From Catajapyx aquilonaris (lineage: Eukaryota), in contig JYFJ02001226.1 in assembly GCA_000934665.2 (NCBI GenBank), positions 62,001 to 86,274 of the forward strand: a stretch of 24,274 nucleotides of DNA, written 5' to 3'. The position numbers were made by a program, and so were the translations under genes. Every line of letters begins with the position of its first letter. Position 1 is the first letter of the stretch. Of this stretch, positions 1 through 10,439 are shown in pieces. Under the pieces are notes generated by a model. That model was not told where the DNA came from and searched no databases. It saw nothing but the letters and a program-made list of their open reading frames with translations.

Positions 1-340
1 ATTAAAATAATAATGACTATGTGTGTATTTGGCCATGTCTAATTACGAATGTGCATGTAATGTTCCATTAGAAACTCTCAATAACAGTATGGTATGCTTG
101 ACTCATTACCCGACAGTTAAGAAATATTGTCGTATTCTCCACAATAATATTTGCGGGTGGGTAAAGAACATTTGGGAATAATTCGGAGCAATGTGTGACC
201 TACAGTCTCAGTTCCTATGCTTTTTAAAAACACTTCCTGTCGGTGCTGTGAAAAGATGATAATTATCACGTAGCCTACACTTAGCACTGTAAGTCGAATT
301 ATTGCGTCTATAGCTCTTTCGACTTATAAGAGCTCCAGTA
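1..340 (+). repeat. Block X, present three times (direct copy about 10120-10260, inverted copy about 5530-5850)
   Basis: 39-70 matches 10160-10191 at 30 of 32 nt. 'gaataattcggagcaatgtgtgac..cagtctcagttc' (176-214) and 'cttgactcattacccga' (97-113) match the reverse complement of about 5601-5760. Confidence 0.75.
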
Positions 341-2074
341 GTGCCTGCATAATTTGCAACAAAATTCCCGGACTCCATCTACGTATATACAGTAAGGTAT
401 ATCAATGTTGAATTCTCGCTTGCTATTATGTTATTTCCCTCTCACACTTCTATTGACAAAGATATCCCCCCCCCCCCCAATCTGCCTGGGGTGTCGGAAT
501 AAAAGAGAGTCAGAAGTCTGGCACAACCTGGCATCAATCTTTTTGTAAAGTAGAAAAGGAGCTCGCCCGGAGCGAATTTATCCGGTGCAAACTGAGAGGT
601 AAAAAGCACATCAGAATGCTTAGAATTTGATGTGAGAAGGTGGTGTGAATCTGAAATGTTAGGAGCGAGCGAAGATGTTATCCGACCAGCCACTTCTATA
701 TAGGAAGGTAAAATGTGGATGTAAAGAGAGGCACAAATAGAAGCGGTCCAAGGCAAGTGGACACGTTATAGGATACCGTTGCATAATCCGACATAAGGAA
801 ACTCATTACACCATTCCCATTATTTTATCATGCATTAGTGCTGAACAGGCTGACAATTATTGGTCTCTGGATTTGTCCTCTAAGTCCGCGCAACATGCCG
901 GGTATACGTGTAGGATGCTCCAATGCGACATGGACACACGTAATTGGCTGCCAATCAAATCGGATGTGCAACGTTTTGCCCCCTTCATACAATTATGCAG
1001 ACTCGTCGATGCAATAGTCCGAGCTTGATTGGACCTATCTCATTCGGAGACTGGCTGCTGAAAAAGGCCCTTCTCTTTATAAGCCTATTGTGTGAACGGT
1101 AATTAGCGTCGCTGTAATCAGCTTTGTTCTTATAATAGCTAATATCCCATCAAATAAATTCGTCGAATTTTAAAGCTCCATCTTTGTATTGAACTGGTTG
1201 CAACTGATGAGCAATCCGACATGTTTCTATTACAATTATATAAAAAACCCGATCTCCCGAAGCGAAACTGATATCGTGCACTGCTGTAAATCAAGACACG
1301 GGGAAATTTTAATCCTGAGCTTGGTTTGCGCTTTGAACCGAAACGATCGTTGGGCCGACTCAATTAAGCCATGGGAAATGAATTAGGGCGGTTAACTGAT
1401 GGAGATGTGCGAGGAAAGGTTGGGCGATAAGCTGTGAAACACAATAATTATCTCCAGAAAACTAGATTTGCAATTTTGGCCCAAGTCCTACCTTTTCAGG
1501 TTGTTGTTACGCTTAGTTCTAAAGAGAAGGCCAAACCCAATATTTATAAATAATTATAACTAGGCACTAACTTGCCAAAATTTGGCAAAAAATTAGCCAA
1601 GAGAGGGAGGGGGGAGGGAGAGAGGGAGAGACGCTCAGCAGGCAGCAGCATGAAAGCGACATCCGACGGTGGAGTGCAGAAGTAAGCGAGTCGCCACGCA
1701 GGAGGTGGCGCCTGGAACGGAAGAATTTAGAATTCCGTGGAGCAGCCGTGGTCGGCCTTTTTTTAGCGTTTTTTGAGCTTCACAAAGTCCAAAAGAAACA
1801 AAAGTGGTTTGCAAATATAGAAAACCCAGGCAAAATTTAGACACCACTCCCAAATCTGTAGGCCGTACGGTGCGGGAGGAGTTTCCACGACAGTCGGCTA
1901 TTTATAATATATACAATAGATTATTTTCTCTGCTTCATCAAACGATCATCCTGCGAGTTGGATGGCCTGCAACGCAAGAGAGCCGTTTGGGTTGCGATGA
2001 ATAGTCAGGATACTAAGGAATAAAGGGGATCGCTTTTTCTCCGCACGAATCCAACCTTCTTGGCGCTCACACCT

Positions 2075-2344
2075 AGGTGCGCATTCCTATCCTTGTGAGG
2101 TTTTTCCAAAATTTAAAATTTAAAACTAACCTAACATAACATAACCTAACCTACAAGGAAACACGCGAAATTTTGGTGAAATATATTTTTACTGTCTTTA
2201 TGAGGTATTTTTCGATTTTTCCCTATCCTTGTGAGGCGTGTGTTCACTATGAGGTGCAGAAAAACTACCTCGTAATGACAAAATTCCTCACAAGGATAGG
2301 AAAAACACGTCAGAAATTCCTCACAAGGATAGCAATGCGCGTCC
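2075..2344. mobile_element. MITE (about 270 bp) with TIRs, internal copies of the TIR core and a CCTAA-like tract
   Basis: TIR gcgcattcctatccttgtgagg (2079-2100) vs cctcacaaggatagcaatgcgc (2319-2340), 21 of 22 complementary; the core motif recurs at 2222-2236 and 2286-2300; absent from the paralogous site at about 12082-12090. TSD not resolved. Confidence 0.85.
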
Positions 2345-2550
2345 AATATGTCCGACTCTGAACCCAATGCATTATACTCTCATAAAATTATATACAGTTT
2401 TTTTTGCAAGGTTTCGTCACGTAAACGGGGACGAGGGGAACGACATGCATGTTTTTTGTGGCCACGATTTTGAACCCACGACCACTTTTGGAAATTTCGG
2501 TTTTTCGGGAGAGGAACAGATGAATTTCTCCTCCGGCTTTCTCCTGATAA

Positions 2551-3035
2551 CACTGTTCTACAAAATTTACATTTCTTTCTGAAGATGTGAATAGTGTAAT
2601 TTCTGTACTGATTCCGAATATATGATCAGAAGGTTTCTGTCAGGCACAGTTTTTGATATATATCGTTTCAAAGTTTGGAACGCTTTACTAGACGTCTTTC
2701 CGAATCAAGTGAGCCGAAATGTTGCTAGACCGTCTCGGATATTGGTGAAAATAATCGAAGATGTACACAACAATTCCGTAATGCTACCTATAAAGTTTCA
2801 GCCATATTGCGCAATACCATGATGAGGGGAAAAGTCGCATATTCTAGAAATTGCCGAAAATGATGTTTTTTTTTGGATAATCTTTTCCGGTTAGTGGAAG
2901 TGATCAGAACCCAATGAACATATACACCAAAATAAATAAGACACCAGTAGAATGCGTCTATGACTCTATGGAATTATATAACACTTGTAGAAACACATAT
3001 CATCACCCGAGAATATTTACCCTTGTCGAACAGTG
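2551..3035. mobile_element. Non-autonomous TIR DNA transposon (485 bp) with CACTG...CAGTG termini
   Basis: Left end cactgttctacaa, right end ttgtcgaacagtg (12 of 13 complementary); flanked on both sides by TAA (2548-2550, 3036-3038); absent from the paralogous site at about 11870-11882. Superfamily uncertain (CACTA/CMC-like or decayed Tc1/mariner). Confidence 0.75.
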
Positions 3036-5529
3036 TAATTATAACTAGATCCTAGATGCATCGAGCCTTGTTCCAATAATATTATCCCGGCCTCCATGTG
3101 AGGCATGCCTTACAAGCCAGATGAGCGTGTATTGAAAATCCATTATGTCGAAGGCAATCAATGTTACAGGGAAATTCAGGTCACTTTCGGGGAACGGAAC
3201 GGAATTATAGTAGTTTTTGATGATTCCTGGATGGAGATGGCATGAAAATAATGCCAGTGGCGTCAGCGATTCATCAATCGGGCGTTAATGGCAGTATCCG
3301 CATCATCATAAAAAGCCTTTAAAAGGTGGCCCGTGTAACGGAGAAACCTATTGACATTTTCAATTTTTGCCCCCTTTTTGTTGTAAAGCATGGCCACAAT
3401 GCAACGGCTTTTGTTGTGCGAAGAGAGAGGTAATGAGCAGCAAAAAATTCATCAGGGGGAAGAATCTGGAAGAAAAATGGGGCTAAAAGAGGCAACAAAA
3501 GGCTGTTATTATTTTTCCGCCTGACTCATTATTATTGTCAGAAAGTGATAGGGGCCAAAATTCTTTAATCATGGAATCTACTGGGTGGAGCTAATTACTT
3601 ATTGGTACGAAACAGACTTTGTGGGAATGGAGGCCAGGAAGTGAGAAGACAGCGTGTGTCCGCATCAATACTTGGTACGGATTGTGGCCAATGATGGAAT
3701 GAGAGTACACCATGGCGTCGTGCAGGTGTCGAGAAGAGCCCGCCGTTCCATTTGGACGGAATTGGCAGAGAGAAATACCCTTTCGTTCCGGGGAAGAAAA
3801 GGATTGGAATCTTTCTCTTCCTATTGTCGGATCCCAACCCACTTCCTGCTTTCTGCGGTTCTTATCTCAGATAGGCCGATTCAGCTGATTCAACTTGGTT
3901 CGAGTTGTGGTTCAAGAGAGAGTCTGGGTGATATGGGGTGCACTCACAAGATGGAAAAGGGAGACCATGCCCTGAACAGTATTTGGCTAATAATAATTAT
4001 ATCTACAGTATGTTTACAATGGTCATTCTGAGTCATATTAATACTAACATTTTTATGAAACAAAGACTGGTGTCATGAAGGCATATCTGCCAGATCGGGT
4101 ATCACAGGAGTGGAGGTACGGGTGATATCTGCATACTTCCGCTCCATTAGCGGATTTCTAATTCCATGTTTGATCCATGCAGGCTGATCGCCCCTGTGCT
4201 TTCATAGACTGGTTAAAACATCAGCTGCACCAGACGGAGCAGAAAAAAAGATCTGTAGGCATTAGCAAATATTGAAAACCCTCCGAGTGCTGGGTCTGCT
4301 GCCGTCACAATTTAAGCCTTGTAATATTCGGAAATAAGTTGTGAGGATATACTAAAGACTGACTGCGTATTCAATAAATTAAAAAACTTATTTGCGATCT
4401 TTTCCACCTGATTCTGATTCAGAAATCTGCGGATCTGCCTATCACGTTACGGTAGTATGATCAGAACGAAGGTTATATGACTAGCCGGACCGAAACCACG
4501 GAATCAGGCGGAGACACGTAATTGTTTGGCAATCAATTAAAAATGTGTGGCTTTCATACCTCCTCTTCCATGTAATCCGATTATTATTGATGGCAATATT
4601 AAAGCGTGATCCTCTCTCGTCTCCTACGGCTGCATGGTGCGAATCGGAGTCTGCTGCTTTGGGACAACTAACCGGGAGATGCTGGAGAGATAGATTATTA
4701 TCAATAATATTCGTGGGGTCATATTGATCAGCATCATTGCAGCTAGAGGGGCATGAAAAAGCCTTCCAATCTCGACCGCACAAAAAAACACAGTTTCATC
4801 ATGAATTTAGGTCGAATTATTCAGGCAACACCTTCTGCCTGGATGAATTGGGTCTTTAGTTAGTGAAGCGTTAAGTGAAGGCGTGCCAAACTTGGAGGTT
4901 TTGGCCACAAAGTAATGGTTTTAACTTGTTCTCGAATCTGGCCTGCCTCCCCGTTTAAAAGAAAATTAAGGAAAGAAAATTATTTGGCATACCAACGCGG
5001 GAACTTGAAATGTATGACTAGACTTACGCTTCAGACATTTTCAGACCCATTCCCTTCAGAAAAGTGCCCGACTACTCGCTCTGGCCACGTATGTTCCTCA
5101 AAAATTATACAAGGTGTTCCACGAAGCAGCACCAGTTTAGTCCAACCAATCTCCACACGCTCCATCCTAAGCATGTAATTAAATTAGAGCCTTTGATTCA
5201 TTGTTGAACCCAGTGAGATCTGCGTTAAGGAACTTGCGGTAAAGAAGATTGTTTGGTTCCTCATGAAAAGCAGCCTTTTCCCTCTTCTTCTTCTAGACTT
5301 AATCCCGTCTCAGCTTTCTTCTGATGGGATCGAAGGAAATGAGAATTTGGGGGGAGTGGAGAGAGGAGCATAAACTGATTGAGTGAGATCAACCAGTGTG
5401 AAGCACAAAGATGGAGAGGCTCTGTGTCTGATTGAGTTTGTGTCGACCAAGAGAGTCGCCTCTCCCTTTCACAACGCCTCGTTATCACTCTAATTAGTGG
5501 CTTGTCTCAATATGGAGCCGAGTCCTCAT

Positions 5530-5850
5530 CATCTAGAGGACATTAATTAGATAGAGCGTGGTCGCATTGAAATGTACTTATTGGACACCCAATTATATTG
5601 GTGCTAAGAACTGAGACTGATAGTAAATAATTGGGGCATCTTGTTGTCATAAGTGCTCAACATTATTCGCATAATGTGGTGCTGCTGAGGAAAAACACAT
5701 GTCGTTAGGAAGCTTGCAAATTACTTCATACTCTCTTGCAATCGCGCGTAATGATTGAAGTTGGACAAATTCTTGTAGGCGTTGCGACATCAGGGAGATT
5801 ACATTCATTTGAATTGATTAGAGTAATAGTAATCAGCCGACGCATTTCGA
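5530..5850 (-). repeat. Block X inverted copy
   Basis: Reverse complement of 5601-5619 is 'cagtctcagttcttagcac' vs 203-220 'cagtctcagttcctatgc'; further patchy colinear matches to 1-340 and to 10140-10230. Confidence 0.65.
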
Positions 5851-6563
5851 TTACTTCACGCTCGTCCGAATGGAAGTATTGCAGCGAAGACACGATTAAA
5901 TTAGCATAGTTTGGACAATTATTGCTTCCTAATTATGCAACCAATTTATGTCACGAACGTACTCAGAATACCCGCTTCAACTACTTTTTCAATGGCAGAA
6001 ACATCCCTGATGACGTTCGACACATTAATTAATTACTGGGATTATTCTGGATATTTGCGCAGTACAATTAGCACGCAATCAAACAGCAAAGCATTTTCAG
6101 ATTACCTTTGAGAAATGTGGAGAGACAACTAATGATTCTCCCACCAAAAATAATATCAGAGTTGCTAACTACCAGCATAATACTACCAGGTCCAACTCCA
6201 GTGCAGATTTCAAGTGTACTTGCGAGTGGAGAGGGGGGAAGGTGGGTAATGGTAATTAGTGGTAACTAGACTCGAGAGAGACCCGAGGTAAAGACCACAG
6301 TCTGCGATTAGTGTAATGAACTCATCCTTGAGCTGTGGAGTGGTTGCCTCTGCTACAGACTCTACTTCTCGAGGGACTGAAGCAACTTTTTCCGGCAATT
6401 CCTATGCGAGAGTACACACACAGGATGTCTAATAGGCCCCGTTAGAACAACAATGATCAAGTGTCTCGGTGCCTTGTTTTACTGGGTCACGTAAGACAGA
6501 TAAACCAAACAAGAGAAAAGGAATGATGCGGGTTCGTGCGGTCACGCGCGGGATCGCAAAACT

Positions 6564-6588
6564 TCTTTCATCTTCTTCTTCTTCTTCT
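6564..6588. repeat. (TTC)n microsatellite
   Basis: Short TTC run, expanded relative to the paralog at about 13629-13640. Confidence 0.7.
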
Positions 6589-7622
6589 GAGGCCACTTCT
6601 TGCCAGAATGGGACAAACCGCTTGCAACTTTCATTCTTCAGAGAGTTAAAAAAAGAGAAAAGGACCGCGACGGTTTTATGATGGCAATAAATGACAGGTT
6701 CAGCCGGAGATGGATTGTCAAGAGATGTAAGGCCACTCACACACACTCTGCAGAAACATTTTCTGCAACAAGAGGGCGTACACTTTTTTGTTGTAAAAAG
6801 TTCCTTCGAAAATTACATGTATAGATTGATTGTGCAAAAATACTTAAAAATCATGAAGGCATTTGGCAGGGTCATTCGGAAGCATGGCCTGCAGGAATAT
6901 ATATTGGACTCATTCAAATCTGCGAATCGATGGAGGACGAATAGCTTTGCAAATTTATGGACCGGTCTGGACTTCTGGGAGGCTGTATATCTCCGGGAGG
7001 ACTTTTATCAGTTTTATGGTAAACTATTCATCTGGAAATCGCAGGGCGAGAATTATAAGGTTGTAACCACACAGGATTTTCATTGCAGTTACTTGTACAA
7101 CCTTATTGTAATTCTCACCCCGCGAGATGTCATGCAGCGACACAAAAAAATGCACCCTGCAGAGTGAAGAATTCAGCTCGCAACAAAGTTAGTAGAGAAA
7201 GATTAATTATATTTATAACACACGACTGGAAGTTAATTTTTTTTACATGTCGCTTCTCCTTATCAATTTTTACACAAATCATTACACCAATTATTCCAGC
7301 GTACAAGTTTGAGCAAGTCAGGTGTTGGGCCTGGGAATAAAGAGTCAGGGGCAGACACTTGGATTCACTCTCCCGTGAACAGAAAAAATGCCGTTAATTG
7401 CATCCTCACTGAAAATGGCCATACTTTGTAACCCGCTAATTGGATGCACTTTGGCTTCCTCATTTTATCGCCGCTCATTCAATGCGTAAATATTTCAAAG
7501 CTGTGGACACACGATCCGGATACAGACGTGACCTGCAGGTTTCCAGACGCATTCGGGAAGACACGCGAATTAGGCGAATTATTATTTAGTTCGAGTCTAA
7601 GGCGCAAATCCGTTTTGCAACC

Positions 7623-7808
7623 GTGCGGCACATCCTTTGCCTTGATCTGATGGGGTTTATTCAATTAGAGATGAAAGAGACTCCTCGTGCCTCGTTCCCT
7701 CCCTTCCAAACTATCCTCCCCCGAATAATGTCTGCAATATTTACCACCGTATTGGCCAGGATTAGTGTCACAAAATCTTATTTGACGTGGCCCATGAGAG
7801 AATGTTGA
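7623..7808 (+). other. Candidate small ORF or cryptic exon, copy 1 (twin at 14440-14625)
   Basis: 45 codons (7593-7727) encode the same peptide as 14410-14544, with all nucleotide differences synonymous; no recognisable homolog. Confidence 0.3.
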
Positions 7809-10439
7809 TTGAAAGCTTCAGGACTGAAGGAGAATTCATTTTAGTGCACTAAAACATAAATTATGTTAACTTATATGTTCAATGCAACAGGCTGATAAGA
7901 GGATTTTTTTTAAATGTCCATATTTTAATCGAGGAGATTCGCTCTTCTGGCTTCACCATAAATGAGCCAGGAGGAAGCAAAAGAAGGTTACCCTTCTCCC
8001 TTATAAACCCATTTATTTTGCATGGTGGCAGGAGTGGACGTATATCCGGCCTTCATACTAATTGCTCTACTAATTAATTAGGCCAGTCTGACGGCAAGCT
8101 CTGCTTCTGAAAGACCTTCCTTCGCCATTAATACAGTTGAGAGAGGTTTCCCATCAGGCAGTTTTCTTGTCAGACCTAATCTCATCTTGATCATCTAATC
8201 GATTATATTCTTATCCTTCCTAACCACTGCTTATGCTTGTTGTTAACCATCAGTTAAGCGCTACTTTCGCCTTCCTCATTGATCATAACCAGCACTAATA
8301 TGCACTAATATATGAGACAAACAGGTGCCTCCTCTATATATGCTGTACAGTCGCAGCTATATTTTTCGATGCAGTCATCGTGCCCTCTATAGTTGTTAAC
8401 AAGTGCCTCGTCATGAGTGCAATTTGCATTCACAAGCGCTTAATTACATGTAGCTGCAATTGCATGATTGTTAGCCCGGGACAAATAATGTTGACTGAAT
8501 GTCCGACGTTGATAGGTTACACTGTTTACAGCGCGTTTAGTGAACTAATCGTTTCGATTGAATGACATTATTTGGGACTGAAAATGTCGCCCCCTAAGAA
8601 TATTGTTTGCCACAGAAACTTACTAAATATTTATTTTTCCAGCCGGCAGCAGCACGTGGGAAGTTCCGCCTATGAACAGTGCTTCGGCACTTCCGATGTC
8701 CGGGGACGCCTTCCGAGGCTATGTCGACCGTTACCCTCCCCTGCCTATAGAGGACTAATGGGGGCCCATCCTGGCACCAGGTGCCATCATCATCCGTCCA
8801 TGCCCAAAATCCTGTCCTCATCCCGTCTGGACCTGGTCGTCTCGTTGGTTCAATCTCTCAGATCAACATCGATCAATCAATCGCCGGAGATCGACTTCCG
8901 ACGCTGCCCTCCAGATGCGACCTTTTCTTGGCGATGGCTTTGGACATTTTCCCGTCACATTAATTATTATCTAAAAGGGCCTCATTTTCAGTATTTTCCG
9001 GAATTTCGCGATTTTCCCCCCTCCCAACGGGATTGCGTAAACTTGGGTGAAACTTGACATATGTTATGGCATACGTAGTCATGTACTGTACGTTCAGTTT
9101 AAAGTCAGAGCGACTAGTGTGTGGGACAGGAATTGTAGGGGATTTTGTAATAATCAAGACAAATTTTACGTACGAAAATCAGTGGAGATAATTATACATT
9201 TCCTTCTCATTTAGTACTTGAGTGGTAAGTCATCTCAAATTTTAATTAACACAGCTTTCATTATCATCCTTTCTCCCCACCCTCCCACCCCCAAATAGTC
9301 TCTTCCACTTAAAGTTGTGTTCACATAATTTCTTTGGCAATTAAATTTACGCCTTAACAAGGGGAAAATATATGATTTGACATTTTATCTGCAAAATGCT
9401 GATTTCAAAATATAAACGAGCTTGTAATTAAACTTCGATTGAGTAGCAAGATGGGATAGAGTGAGTGGCAGAAGCAACGCAGCAGGCAGGAGGAGGGGGG
9501 GGGGGAAGAAGGACCAGCAGGAATGGAGGGAGGCGTCGCATACGCCGTCAGTGGCGTGTCAGACGCACAGCTCGACACCAGGCACGATTTTCAGATCGGA
9601 AGTGTCGCGTGCATGTCACGTGTTTTTGTTGTCACAACAGGTGGCTTCGCCATTACCTCGACCACGATTCGAGTGTAAGTTAGTCGCGGTCGAGACCCGG
9701 ACCCGGACTACGATCATTTCGGTTTCCTCCATGGTGGGCGCAAGGGAGATTTCATTAATAAATACAAGTTTAAATAAAAATAATCGAATTGGTGAGTGCC
9801 AGGCGTCAGTAGCATGTGCACTGAGGTAAACAACTCCTGGTCGTCTCGTGCGAGTATAGTGTTTGTTTTACTGTTTATAATATATTGTTCTTTCCATCAT
9901 CTAAAATCAGCAAGAGGACTAGTGTCATCGAATCAGTGCAAGTTGGCGTCACATGTGGGATTACTTCTGAACAGACTCGAGTGGTAGTAGTAATAAAAGA
10001 TGTCGAAGTAGGTGAGCCAAACCTTGCTTCTATTTTTTGAATAAACTTCTTAAAACGTGGACAGGCAACTAAACTATCAGGCAATTATTATTATTCAAGT
10101 TCAACAATTACATGCACAACCATTTAATAACGACGGTACGTGTAATTTGATGTGTCGGCCTAATTCCGAATGTGCATGTAATGTTCAATTATTTTGTAGA
10201 GCCACACGTGCGGAATAAGTAATTATTTCCCTCAGTCGGCCCAATTGTTGTCGTAATTTGGCAACTTGGATGATGGGTTAAATCGCCTTATTAATATTAC
10301 ATGATAGTCATGCGCAGGGTATTTATTAGCCGTTATCTTTCCAGCATTTAGTGTTGCCCAGTTTAATGAGTCGGATCACCACTCAATTTACAGGCTAACT
10401 GCGTACGGGTGTAATAAAATTTATATATTTATATGACGC

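Larger units (their letters stand above)
779..5193 (+). repeat. Block A copy 1; left arm of a long, diverged inverted duplication (partner 10440-13010)
   Basis: Colinear reverse-complement matches: 779-1538 vs about 12260-13010; 1933-2070 vs 12088-12252; 2350-2420 vs 12017-12084; 3045-3630 vs 11295-11870; 4070-4250 vs 11010-11200; 4660-4905 vs 10724-11000; 5030-5193 vs 10440-10555. 979-1033 is identical to the reverse complement of 12764-12818 (55 nt). Confidence 0.95.
6421..8916 (+). repeat. Block B copy 1; diverged direct duplication (partner 13455-15937)
   Basis: Direct matches: 6421-6770 vs 13455-13830; 7305-7730 vs 14113-14547; 8730-8916 vs 15748-15937. Weaker similarity extends upstream to about 6000 vs 13280. 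Confidence 0.95.

Noticed and set aside
2079..2340. Four spaced repeats superficially like a CRISPR array
   Set aside because: Two are inverted, spacing is irregular, context is eukaryotic; they are MITE terminal and subterminal motifs.
6429..6746. Similar ORFs in both B copies (6429-6746 and 13568-13789 on minus, plus overlapping + frames)
   Set aside because: Differences are largely non-synonymous, with stops or frameshifts between copies; similarity reflects DNA duplication only.
6691..7167. 158-aa ORF
   Set aside because: No recognisable domain; its start lies in the duplicated block, where the paralog does not preserve the ORF; the middle looks like non-coding insertion sequence.
8292..8311. 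Tandem 10-mer gcactaatat x2
   Set aside because: Could be an excision scar but is indistinguishable from simple slippage.
8572..9057. 161-aa ORF sharing VQSLRSTSINQSPEIDFRR with 15774-15992
   Set aside because: Frame-breaking indels on both sides of the shared core; better explained as a conserved non-coding island.
9450..9830. Position where a duplicated Dpr exon might lie after B copy 1; GC-rich ORFs
   Set aside because: No Ig/Dpr motifs in the frames examined; ORFs derive from purine-rich low-complexity sequence.
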